A DNA stretch of 64,000 bases from the NCBI GenBank assembly GCA_963719555.1, contig CAVRCL010000003.1:3757-67756 (forward strand). The letters run 5' to 3'. Below the pieces are notes generated by a model, which was not told where the DNA came from, made no database searches, and was given only the letters and a program-made list of their open reading frames with translations. The first letter of the stretch is position 1, and each line of letters starts with the position of its first letter. Below, piece after piece: positions 31,306 to 41,850 of the stretch. A program made the translations under genes and the position numbers. The DNA is from Thermoanaerobaculia bacterium (GTDB lineage: Bacteria > Acidobacteriota > Thermoanaerobaculia > Multivoradales > JAGPDF01).

Positions 31306-32937
31306 TGATGCAATGAGCTGCTCGACCTGCTCCTCGGCGACACGATCACCCGCCTCGTCTTCTTCCCGAGTCTCGCGGCGCTGCCGCTGCTCTTCCTCGG
31401 TCGCGCGAGCGCACCGCACAGTCAAGCTCTACGCCCTTGTTCGTCGCGCTCGTCGAGCTCGCGCTGATCGCGCTCTTCACCGCCTCCCACTGGGGCGGGG
31501 GCACCATGGTGGCGCGGGACGCCACCCTGACCTGGCTCGACTTCGGATCCCTGCGGGTGCTCTACGAGGTCGGGGTGGACGGCATCTCGCTGCCGCTCGT
31601 CCTGCTGACCGGACTCCTCCTGCCGCTGGTCATCCTCGGCTCCTGGAAGGGGATCACGAAACACTGGACCGGTTTCGCCGCCTCGATGCTCCTCCTCACC
31701 ACCGGCATGCTGGGCGCTCTCGTCGCGCTCGACCTGCTCGTCTTCTACGTCTTCTGGGAAGTCATGCTGATCCCGATGTACCTGATCATCGGCATCTGGG
31801 GCGGCGACCGCCGGGTCTACGCCGCGGTGAAGTTCTTCCTGTTCACGATGGCGGGCAGCCTGCTCATGCTGCTCGGCATCCTGTGGATGGCGTGGACCTA
31901 CGGCAAGCTCACCGGAGTCTGGAGCTTCCGCTACGAGGATCTGCTGCAGCTCCAGTTCCCGCTCGACCAGCAGCTCTGGCTCTTCGCCGCCTTCGCGCTG
32001 GCGTTCGCGATCAAGGTCCCGATGTTCCCGTTCCACACCTGGCTCCCGGACGCCCATGTGGAGGCCCCGACCGGCGGCTCGGTGATCCTGGCCGGCGTCC
32101 TGCTCAAGCTCGGAACCTACGGTTTCCTGCGCTTCGCGATCCCGTTCTTCCCGCAGGCGGCGACGCAACTCGCCCCTGGGTCGTCGGCCTGGCTCTCGTC
32201 GGAATCGTCTACGGCGCCCTGGTCGCCTGGGCGCAGGTCGACATGAAGAAGCTGGTCGCCTACTCCTCGATCGCCCATCTCGGATTCGTCATGCTGGGAC
32301 TCTTCGCCTTCAACGAGATCGCCTGGCAGGGCGCGCTGCTGCAGATGGTCAATCACGGACTCTCGACCGGCGCCCTCTTCCTTCTCGTCGGCATGCTCTA
32401 CGACCGCCGCCACACCAAGAAGTTCGAGGAGTTCGGCGGCCTGGCGAAGACGATTCCCTGGTTCGCGTTCATGCTCGTGTTCGCCACTCTGGCGTCGGTC
32501 GGCCTGCCGGCGCTCAACGGCTTCGTCGGCGAGTTCATGATCCTGATCGGCGCCTGGCAAGGCGGACTCCGCTGGGCGACCGGCATCGCGACCTTCGGGG
32601 TGGTCCTCGCGGCGGTCTACCTGCTCAAGATGCTCCAGGAGACGATCTGGGGACCGATTCGCAAGGACGAGAACCGGTCGCTCAAGGACCTCAGTCTGCG
32701 CGAAGTCGCGACGCTCCTGCCGCTCTGCATCCTGATGCTCTGGATCGGGGTCGCTCCGGAAGCGGTTCCTCGCGCCGAGCCGACCGGCGTTGACCTCGGT
32801 TCTCGCCACCTATCGCGCCCAGATGTCGGCCGGTGCACCCGAGGCCGTGACGCTCTCGCCGGCGATCCTGACCGCCACTCCGGCCCCGACCTTCGTCGCC
32901 GGCAGCCCGGCGGCGGGAAGCGGGGGCGTCGCGATGA
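31305..32937 (+). pseudogene. nuoM: NADH-quinone oxidoreductase subunit M, with about 4 frame disruptions. Both ends are approximate.
   Basis: The core is in ORF 31437..32246 ([14 protein letters not shown]...[18 protein letters not shown]...[33 protein letters not shown]) and ORF 31313..33427 ([19 protein letters not shown]...NHGLSTGALFLLVGMLYDRRHT). A TGA at 32935-32937 overlaps the nuoN ATG in another frame. Confidence 0.9.
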
Positions 32938-34400
32938 ACCCCATCTTCGCGTTGGCCCAGGCGGATTGGCTCTCGCTCCTGCCCGAGCTCGTGCTCACCG
33001 GAGTGGCTTCGGTCATCCTCCTTCTGGAGGCTTTCACGCCGCGCCTGCGTCCGGCGTTCAACGGCCTGGCGCTCGCCGGTGTGGCGGCGGCCTCGGTGAT
33101 CCTCGCGCAGCAGCCGACGGGACTGTTCTTCCACGGCCTGATCGAGTCGACCGCGCTGACCGGCGCCTTCTCCCAGACCATCCTTCTGGCGACCGCGATC
33201 GGCCTGCTCTCCGCCCAGGGTTACCTCAAGCGCGAACGCCTCCTGTTCGGCGAGTACCCGGCGCTGCTCCTGTGGTGCAGCACGGGCCTCCTGCTGCTGG
33301 TCCGCGGCGTCGAGCTGGTGACGATCTTCGTGGCCCTCGAGCTGCTCTCGGTGGCGCTCTACGGTCTGGCGGCATTCCACCGGCGCGGAGTCGGTTTCGT
33401 CCGAGGCCGCGATCAAGTACTTCCTGATGGGCGCGCTGGTGAGCTCCTTCGTTCTCTACGGCGCCGCGCTGGTCTACGGCGAAACCGGCTCGACGACCAT
33501 CACCGGGATCTCCGCCGCGCTCGCGGCCGGCTACCGGCTCCCCCGGCCTGATCTTCCTCGGCTTCCTGCTGCTCATCTGCGGCTTCGGCTTCAAGCTCGG
33601 CCTGGTGCCGTTCCACGCCTGGGCGCCCGACGTCTACCAGGGCGCGCCCTCGCCGTTCGTCGCCTTCCTCTCGGTGGCGCCGAAGGCCGCTTCCGCGGTC
33701 GTCCTCGCCCGCCTCGTCATGCTCGTGACGTCGGCGCCCACTGCAGGCGACTGGACGAAGCTGGTGAGCGTCCTCGCCATCGCTTCGATGCTGGTGGGCA
33801 ATCTCTTCGCGCTGGCGCAGCGCGACATCAAGCGCATGCTGGCCTACTCCGGAATCGCCCACATGGGCTATCTGCTGATCCCGCTGGCCTCGCCCGGTCG
33901 AGTCGAGCTGGCGGCCGATGCTCGTCTATCTCGTCTCCTACACCCTGATGAACGGCGGCGCGTTCGTGCTCGTTTCGATGCTCTACGCCAAGCCCGGCGA
34001 GCAGCACGCGATCGCCAACCTCTCCGGCTGGGCCTTCCGCTTCCCCGTCGCGGCCGCCTGCATGGCGGTCTGCATGCTCTCCCTGGGCGGGCATTCCGCC
34101 GACCGCGGGATTCGTCGCGCAAGTACCTGGTCTTCGCCCATGCGATCCAGCACGGGAACCTGGGGCTCGCGCTGGTCGGCATCTTCGCCAGCCTCATCGG
34201 CGTGGTCTTCTACCTGCGCGTCATCTACATGCTCTACATGCGCGACGAGATCGCGAGCCCCGGCGCCTGAAGCTCGATTTCAGCGGCCAGCTGGCAGCGG
34301 TGCTCGCCGCCGCGGGAACGCTCGTCCTGGGCGTCTTCCCGGGTCCCTTCCTCGCCTGGCTCGAAGTCGGCGCTCGCCAGTCTCTGATCCGCTCCACTCC
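32934..34400 (+). pseudogene. nuoN: NADH-quinone oxidoreductase subunit N, with about 5 frame disruptions. The true C-terminus lies beyond the apparent stop at 34270.
   Basis: ATG at 32934 (MNPIFALAQADWLSLLPELVL). Pieces lie in ORFs 32790, 33427, 33605 (VPFHAWAPDVYQGAPSPFVAFLSVAPK...KRMLAYSGIAHMGY), 33918 and 33605. After the TGA at 34268, another frame continues LDFSGQLAAVLAAAGTLVLGVFPGPFLAWL, a typical NuoN tail. Confidence 0.85.
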
Positions 34401-34515
34401 TCTGTCCCCCGGGGCGGCGAGAGAGCGCTGGTCCCATCCCGTTCCGGCACCCAGCGGGAACGCTCCACAGCCGCTTTTCCGCCGGGGAGCTATACTCCGC
34501 CGCGGGAGTGCAGCC

Positions 34516-35122
34516 ATGAGAGCAGCCCGCAGCCCATCCTGAAGCGCCAGGCCGGTTTCACGCTGATCGAGACGCTCATCGTGGTCGCCGTCATCGGGAT
34601 CCTCGTCCTCATCTCCGCGCCGGCTTTCCTCAAGCATGATGAATCGCTTCAAGCTCACCGGCACGACCCGCGAGCTCGCTTCGCTGATGCAGGCGGCGCG
34701 GATGAAGCGATCAAGCTGAACGCTCCGGCGCAGGTCAACTACGACGCCACGTCGAACAGCTTCATCGCCTTCGTCGACCTCGATCGCGACAACGTGCAGA
34801 GCGCCGCCGACCGGGTCCTCGGCGCGAAGCGTCATTGCCGCGCAAGGTCGAGTTCTGGGGCCAGGCGACGGCGCGGCGAATGGCGCGAATGCCATCGACG
34901 GCTGGGACGACGCTCCCACCGTGCGCCTCGGACCGATCTTCGCTCCGAACGGCTCGGTGGACCGTGTCGGCGCCTTCCGGCTGAAGGACACCAACGACAA
35001 CTTCCTCGAAGTCCGCGATAGAGACCCCGGCTACCGGCAGGATCGTGCTGAAGAAGTACTTTCCGGCCGACAACGCCTTCTTCCTCAACGGCGAAGCCGA
35101 CCACAAGTGGGACTGGTACTGA
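34516..35122 (+). pseudogene. Prepilin-type N-terminal cleavage/methylation domain protein (GspH/FimT-like minor pseudopilin), frame-disrupted
   Basis: ATG at 34516 (MRAARSP), then a frame change into ILKRQAGFTLIETLIVVAVIGILVLISAPAF (class III signal G|FTLIE). Later pieces are NRFKLTGTTRELASLMQAARM, NAPAQVNYDATSNSFIAFVDLDRDNV, and a C-terminus GEADHKWDWY with a stop at 35120-35122 (my translations). Confidence 0.65.
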
Positions 35123-35131
35123 CCGAGCACC

Positions 35132-35150
35132 GGTCGGCGGACTCCCGACC
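35132..35150. terminator. Short hairpin between the convergent pseudopilin and rsmD genes
   Basis: GGTCGG-cggactc-CCGACC. The stem is only 6 bp and there is no clear U-tract. Confidence 0.3.
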
Positions 35151-35174
35151 CGCACCCCTTCACCGCGCCACCCT

Positions 35175-35734
35175 TCAGGACTCCGTCTTGCCATAGAAGG
35201 CCAGTGCGGATTCGCCATAGTCGGCGGGAGTCCATTCGCACCAGGTCTCCGGCTCGAAGCCGGCAGAGAGGAGCGAGCGCTGTGCTCGATCGTGAGCAAG
35301 CCCCCGGGGCGCAGGAGCAGCGCACAGGCGGCGAGAAATCCGGCGTCCGGCAGCCACGAATAGGGCGGGTCGGCGAAGACGAGATCGAACCTCGCCGCCT
35401 GCCGCGTGAGCTCGGCAATCGCCCGTTCGGCGGGTAACACCAGCAGGCGATAGCTCCCCGGCGGGAAGCAGCGCCATGTTGCGCTCAGGGCCGCAACCAC
35501 CGACCGGTTGGACTCGACCAGCGTCGTCGACAAGGCGCCGCGGCTGATCGCTTCGATCGCCACCGCGCCGCTGCCGGCGAAGAGGTCGAGCAGCGTCGCC
35601 TCGGCGAGGCGCTCGCCCCAGATCGAGAACAGGGCCTCCCTCACCTTCTGCTCGGTAGGGCGAATTCCAGGCGGCACTTCGAGCTTGCGTCCCTTCATCG
35701 CCCCGCTGGCGACGCGGATTCCCGGCGATTTCAC
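35175..35734 (-). pseudogene. rsmD: 16S rRNA (guanine966-N2)-methyltransferase RsmD, with one frame disruption near 35260
   Basis: GTG at 35734 gives KSPGIRVASGAMKGRKLEVPPGIRPTEQKVREALFSIWG...LDLFAGSGAVAIEAISRGA...FDLVFADPPY. The C-terminus (PETWCEWTPADYGESALAFYGKTES) is in ORF 35175..35477. Confidence 0.8.
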
Positions 35735-36197
35735 GTCGCCGGTCCGCGGCGCAGCGATGCGCACGAACTGGCGGCGGAGCTCGTCGATGGTGAGGTACAT
35801 GCTGAGCGGCTGAACCTTCCCCCGCACCTCGATGCCCCGGCCGTCCGCGGTCCGGCCGACGACCTCAAACTCGATCTCGTCGACCCGCAGGAGCAGATCT
35901 CCGGCCCGCGGCACGTAGTCCGCAGGCAGGCCCCCTGCCATCGGCGATTCGAGGGCGCGCTGGGCGAGCTCCTCGGCGATGCGCAACAGATCCGCCAACC
36001 CCAGCGGATGGGTGTCGAGGCGGCCGTAGCGGAACCGCCTGGCCGCGCGCTCCGGGCAGGCTGAGCGCGAGCTCGCAACGCTCGATCCATTCACCGGCGA
36101 CCCCGCCCGGCGTCTCCTTGACCTCGGACAGATTCGCGGCTGCGAGCCGGCGGACGTAGGCGTCGACCTCGTCCCGGCCGACCTCCGCCAGGCGCAT
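35731..36197 (-). CDS. Hypothetical protein with no recognisable family. Boundaries are unresolved, and as assembled it reads straight into rsmD.
   Basis: ATG at 36197 gives MRLAEVGRDEVDAYVRRLAAANLSEVKETPGGVAGEWIERCELALSLP (ORF 35865..36197). It then continues in the frame of ORF 34832..36094: RFRYGRLDTHPLGLADLLRIAEELAQRALES...EIEFEVVGRTADGRGIEVRGKVQPLSMYLTIDELRRQFVRI. A TGA overlapping the rsmD GTG (GTGA) exists in a different frame at 35731-35733. Confidence 0.3.
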
Positions 36198-36385
36198 CGA
36201 CTGGCGCTCGTCCTGCCACTCGCGTAAGCGGATCGTGCCGTTGCGCGAACAGCGTCACTTCGTTGCGACCCAGACGGTTGGAACAGTCGCGACGCAGTGA
36301 GCTCGGTCGAGGCGTCGTCGGCCGGGAGCGTTGCCGGCCCGGCGATGGTCAGGATCCAGGCGGTTGCCCAGATACCCGGATCGCC

Positions 36386-37777
36386 TCACGGCGCTCTCCG
36401 GCCGCTCCTCCCCGCGACCGGTCTCGCGAGCGCGAAAGCGAGCTCGCCTTCGGCACCGATTCGCCCGTCCAGCTTCGCTTCCAGGGTGAGCTCGAGGGCG
36501 TCGGCCGAGCGCCGGACCGGCGGCGAAGCCAGCCGCGATCAGATCCCGGCCGCCGATCTCGAGCCGCACCGATCGCAGCTCGCCGCATTCGCGGCGAACC
36601 CAGGAGGACGCTGCGTCATCCAGCGTCGCCAGGACGGCGAGCTCCTCGTCGCTCGACCCACCGAGAAGCGCGTGGACGCTGCTCGGCCGGACCTCCGCCG
36701 AGAGCCGGGCAAGCGCCTCCCGCACCCGGTCCGGGCCACTGGCGACCAGGCGCGCGCTCGTCGCCCTGCAGCGCAAGCCGGAGCGACAGTCGCCCCCGAT
36801 CCTCCGCCGGGAGGTCGAAGGCAAGGCACAGGAGCGCCAGACGAAACGCCGCCACTGCGCCGCCCAGGAGGGGCGTCGGCGAGGGCGACGGCGGGAAACC
36901 GCTCGTCGAACTCTCGAAGCGCGGTGTCGAAGCGGTCCGCAGCGCCGCCGATCTGCGCCAGGCGGCGATCGATCGCCTCGAGCAGGCGCAGCTCGCCCAA
37001 CCGGCGAAGCACCCGGGAGGCGCTCGCTGGACGGCCGAGCGCCCGGCGCAACGCCTCGCCCAGGCGTGCCGGCGAGAGGCGCGCCAGGCAACCGCTGGCG
37101 CGGGCCGCCTCGGCCTCCGCCAGGGTCGTCGGCGCAAGCTCGAAGGCGAACCGGGCCGCGAACTCCAGGCCGCGCAGGATCCGCGTCGGGTCGTCGCTGA
37201 AACGAATCCGGATGCAGCGCCCGCAGCCGGCGCGCCGCCAGATCCGCGAGACCGTCGCAGGGATCGATCAGGCGCTCGCCGAATCCGGGTGCCAGCGGTA
37301 TCGCCAGGCAGTTGATGGTGAAGTCGCGGCGCTCGAGATCGCTCTCGATCGTCCCCGGCGCGACTACAGGCAGACTCGCGGGCGCGGGATAAGACTCGGT
37401 TCTCGCCCGCGCCAGGTCGATTCGGACGCCTCCCGGAGCGGCGGATCTCGGCGGTCATGAAATGGGGATGCCGACGCAGCTCGCCGCCGAGCGCCTCCGC
37501 CAGGCGCGACGCGAAGGGCTCGATATCGCCGTCGACGACGAGATCGATATCGAGCTCGCTGGCTCCGAGCCAGAGATCGCGCACTCCGCCCCCGACCCAG
37601 TAGAGGTCGCAGCCGGCACCCGGCGCGAGCTCGGCGGCGTTGCGCAAGAGCGCCAACCGCGAGGCTGGCAGGGCGCGGAACCGGCGGAGGATCTCCTGTG
37701 CCGTCGCGGAATCGGCGGTGGGGAGCGCGCGGGAGCCCGGAAGTGGGAACCGCCGACGGGTCCGAAACAGGCCGCAT
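36386..37777 (-). pseudogene. tRNA nucleotidyltransferase / poly(A) polymerase family protein (CCA-adding-enzyme-like), with many frame disruptions
   Basis: ATG at 37777. Head-domain motif CDLYWVGGGVRDLWLG...LDIDLVVDG (GGxVRD...DxD) is in ORF 36616..38736. My translations of other frames give RIDLARARTESYPAPASLPVV, ERRDFTINCLAI and PDSFSDDPTRILRGLEFAARF. The tail is LEAKLDGRIGAEGELAFAL with a stop at 36386-36388. Confidence 0.7.
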
Positions 37778-37801
37778 GCTGGTCGCCGATTGTACCGCCG
37801 C

Positions 37802-40800
37802 TCAGACTCCGAGGCGGTGAACCCGGCCGGCGCCGACGATGCCTTCGATCGCCGAGAGCAGGGCCGGCGTCGCGTCGACACGAAACCGCTCCTGCGGAGC
37901 GATCCGCACCAGCTCGTCGTCGAGCCGGATCTCGAACTCCACCGCCGTCTCGCCGGGATGGTCGGCGAGAACGTCTCGCAGCCGGAGCATCTCGGTCTGC
38001 GGCAGCGCGCGATCGAGCGAGACCCGGAGCCCCGGAAACCAGCTTCTCCACCGCCCTCGCCAGCGGCGTCATCTCCTCGGCGGTCATTTCGTTTTCCGCG
38101 CCGCGCTCGCGCACCTGTCCCTTGACGATGACCGCTGCATCCTCCACGAGGAGCGCATCGTAACGCTGCAGCTGATCGGCGAAGAGCGTCACCGGAAGCG
38201 CTCCGGTCAAGGTCCTCGAGAACGAAGCGCCCCATCACCCGGCCGGCGTTCGGTCCGCTCTTGATCTTGGTACGCGTGATCCGGGTCACCAGTCCGCCCA
38301 CAGTGGCGGATCCCTGGAAGCCACCGCGCAGCTGGTCGGCGGTGTGGGTCACCAGCCGCTTCAGGTGGCTCTCGAACTCGACCAGCGGATTCCCCGAGAG
38401 GTAGAAGCCGAGGGCCTCCTTCTCCAGCCGCAGGCGCTCGCTCTCCGTCCAGGCGGGGATCGTCGACGCCGGCTCGGCTCGGCAGGGTGCTGGCGCTGCC
38501 CGACCCGAAGAGGTTGCTCTGCCCGGCTTCGATCTCCCGGCGTCGGCGCGCTGCCTGCTCGGCGAGGCCGGCGAGCGCGCCGGCGAGCGCCGCGCGGTGC
38601 GCCTCCCAGCGAGTCGCAGGCGCCCGACTTGACCAGGGCGTCGAAGACCTTCTGGTTGACCGCCTGGCGGTCCACCTCGAGCAGCAAGATGGGCGAGGCT
38701 CCTGAAGCTCCCCTGGGCCCGGCGGGCAGCGAGCACCGCCTCGCCGGCGCTCTCGCCGACGCCCTTGATCGCGCCGAGGCCGAAGCGGATCGCGTTCGCC
38801 GACGACCGAGAAGGTCCATTCGCTCTCGTTGACGTCGGGCGGCAGGATCGCGATGCCCATCTCGCGGCTCTCGCTGATGTACTTGACGATCTCGTCGGTG
38901 GAGCCCATCTCGCAGGAGAGCATCGCCGCCATGAACGCCACCGGGTAGTGCGCCTTCAGGTAGGCGGTCTTGTAGGCGAGCATGGCGTAGGCGACGCTGT
39001 GGCTCTTGTTGAAGCCGTAGCCCGCGAACGGCTCGATGTACTCCCAGAGCTCCTCGGCCTTCTTCTTCGCGAATCCCCGCGCGGCCGCGCCGGCGACGAA
39101 CTTCTCGCTTCTGCTTCGCCATCGCCACCGGGTCCTTCTTGCCCATCGCCTTGCGCAGCACGTCCGCCTCGACCCATGGTGAAGCCGCCGATCGTCACGG
39201 CGATCTGCATCACCTGCTCCTGGTAGGCGATGACACCGAAGGTCTCTTCCAGGATCGGCTTGGTCTCCGGCAGGATGTAGACGCACCTTCTTCTTGCCCA
39301 GCTTGCGCTGGATGAACTCCTCCACCATGCCCACCGACAGCGCGCCCGGGCGGTAGAGGGCGTTGAACGCCGCGAGCTCCTCGAACCTCGAAGGCTGGGC
39401 GCGCCGGAGCATGTCGCGCATGCCGCTGGACTCGAACTGGAAGATGCCGTTCGTCCGCCCGTCGCAGAAGAGCCGGAAGACCTCGGGGTCGTCCAGCGGC
39501 ACCGCGTCGAGATCGAGGTCGATGCCCTGCAACTTGAGCGTGCGCAGCGTGTCGTCGACGACCGTCACGGTCTTCAGGCCCAGGAAGTCCATCTTGAGCA
39601 GCCCGAGGCGCTCGACCGCCTTCATGTCCCACTGCGTCGTGATTTCGTCGCGGCTGGTCTTGTAGAGCGGGACGAGCTCGTCGATCGGCACCGGCGTGAT
39701 GACCACGCCGGCGGCGTGCACCGAGGCGTGGCGGGTCAGGCCCTCGAGGCGGCTGCCCGATGTCGACGACCTCCCTGATCTCGGGATCCTTGGCGACCTC
39801 GGCTGACGAGGCTGTCGACGGAACGCGCCGCCTCGGCCAGCGACTTGGTCATGTCCGGGAGCATTTTCGCCACCCGGTCCATCTTGGCGAACGGCAGGCC
39901 GAGCACCCGGCCGACGTCGCGCAGCACGCCCTTGGCGGCGAGCGTTCCGAAGGTGATGATCTGCGCCACGCGGTCGCGGCCGTACTTCTCGTTGACGTAC
40001 TGGATGACCTCGCCCCGCCGGCGCATGCAGAAGTCGATGTCGATGTCGGGCATGCTGACGCGCTCCGGATTGAGGAAGCGCTCGAAGAGCAGGTCGTACT
40101 TCATCGGATCGATGTCGGTGATGCGCAGGGCGAAGGAAACCAGCGAACCGGCGGCCGAGCCGCGGCCCGGGCCCGACCGGGATGCCGCTCTCGCGCGCGA
40201 AGCGGATGAAGTCCCAGACGATCATGAAGTAGCCCGGGAATCCCATTCGCTTGATGACCGCGATCTCGAACTTGAGACGCTCGCGATAGAGGTCCATCGA
40301 GTACCGGGAGTCGATCGTGCCCCGGCGCGCCATCTCCTCGAAGCGCTCCTCGAGCCCCGCCATCGCGCCGATCGCTCGAAGAAGGTGTCGATCGACTCCC
40401 CCGGCGGCAGCGGGAAGGCCGGGCAGGTGGAACGTCCCCGATGGGATCTCCACGTTGCAGCGTTCGGCGATCGCCACGGTGTTCTCGAGCGCCTGGCCGT
40501 CGTCGGGAAAGAGCGCCGCGAGCTCGTCCCCCGACTTCAGGTAGAACTGGTCCGAGGCGTACTTGAGCCGGTCCGCGATCGGAGCGCGCGCGCTGCGTGC
40601 CGATGCAGAGCAGGACGTCGTGGGCCACCGAGTCGCTCTGGCGGAGGTAGTGGCAGTCGTTGGTGACCACCAGCCCAAGGCCGAGCTTCCTCGACATCCT
40701 GCGCAGGACTTCGTTGGCGGCGCGCTGCTCCGGAATGCCGTGGTCCTGGAGCTCGAGGAAGAAGTTCTCCGGACCCGAGAATCTCGCGTACTCGCGCGCC

Positions 40801-41273
40801 CGCGCTTCGGCCTCGGCCTCGCGATTGCTGCAGGATCCGCTCGTTGATCTCGCCCTTGAGGCAGGCCGAGAGCCCGATCAGCCCTTCGCTGAACTCGCGC
40901 AGCGACTCGTGGTCGATGCGCGGCTTGTAGTAGAAACCCTGCGAGGTACGAGCGCGTGGTCAGCTTGATGAGGTTCTGGTAGCCGGTCTGGTTCGCGGGC
41001 GAGGAGCACGAGGTGATTGCTGCTGCCGCGGGCCGGATTGCGGTCCGTGAGGCTTCCTTGCGCGACGTAGGCCTCGATGCCGATGATCGGCTTGATCCCG
41101 GCCTTCTTGGCCTTGTCGTGAACTCGATGGCGCCGAAGAGGTTGCCGTGATCGGTCAGGCTGATGCGCCGGCATGCCGGCGGCGGCGGCGGCCTGGATCA
41201 CGTCGTCCAGCCGATTGGCGCCGTCGAGCAGGCTGTACTGGCTGTGGAGGTGAAGGTGGACGAAGTCGGTCAT
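37802..41273 (-). pseudogene. dnaE: DNA polymerase III alpha subunit, with more than 10 frame disruptions
   Basis: N-terminal PHP motif MTDFVHLHLHSQYSLLDGA (ORF 40878..41273). Core pieces are spread over ORFs 40101..40697, 38207..40678 (e.g. [31 protein letters not shown]), 39736..40104, 38361..39161 and 37455..38210. The C-terminus is in ORF 37802..37990. Confidence 0.95.
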
Positions 41274-41288
41274 GCCAGGGCGGTCAGG

Positions 41289-41850
41289 TCAGCTCGCGGT
41301 GCGCGGCCATGCGGTTCGCGCCGGTAGAATGTACTCGATTCCGGACCCGATCGTGAGGGCGGCGACCAGAAAGACGAGAACAGCGCGCGAGGTCTCGAAC
41401 ACGGCGACTCCGGCTGGAGAGCAGGACGCCGAGGATCGTCAGCAGCTGGGCCGCCGTGTTGATCTTGCTCAAGGGCGAGGGCTGGAAAGCGCGAGATCCC
41501 CACCGCGAGGTGCAGGACCAGCGCGACCACCACGATGACCACGTCGCGGGTGATCACCAGCGCCGTCACCCAGGCCGGGATCACCAGGCCCGGTGCGCAG
41601 GTTGGGGATCGCCAGCATGACGTAGGCGGTCACCAGCAGCAGCTTGTCGGCGAGCGGGTCCAGGTAGGCGCCCGAGCGCCGATTGCTGATGCCAGAATCG
41701 GGCGATGAACCCGTCCAGGGCATCGGTGACGCCGGCGATCGCGAAGATCCACAGGGCCTGCGTGGCGTCGCCGTCGAGGACCGCGATCACGAACCACGGG
41801 ATGAGCCCCATGCGCAGGATCGAAAGCAGATTCGGGATGGTCAGATTCAT
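41289..41850 (-). pseudogene. pgsA: CDP-diacylglycerol--glycerol-3-phosphate 3-phosphatidyltransferase (CDP-alcohol phosphatidyltransferase family), frame-disrupted
   Basis: ATG at 41850 gives MNLTIPNLLSILRMGLIPWFV...AGVTDALDGFIARF. ORF 41469 gives GAYLDPLADKLLLVTAYVML, completing the D-G-x2-A-R...D-x3-D motif. ORF 41270 gives VITRDVVIV. The tail SGIEYI and a stop at 41289-41291 come from my translation. Confidence 0.8.
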
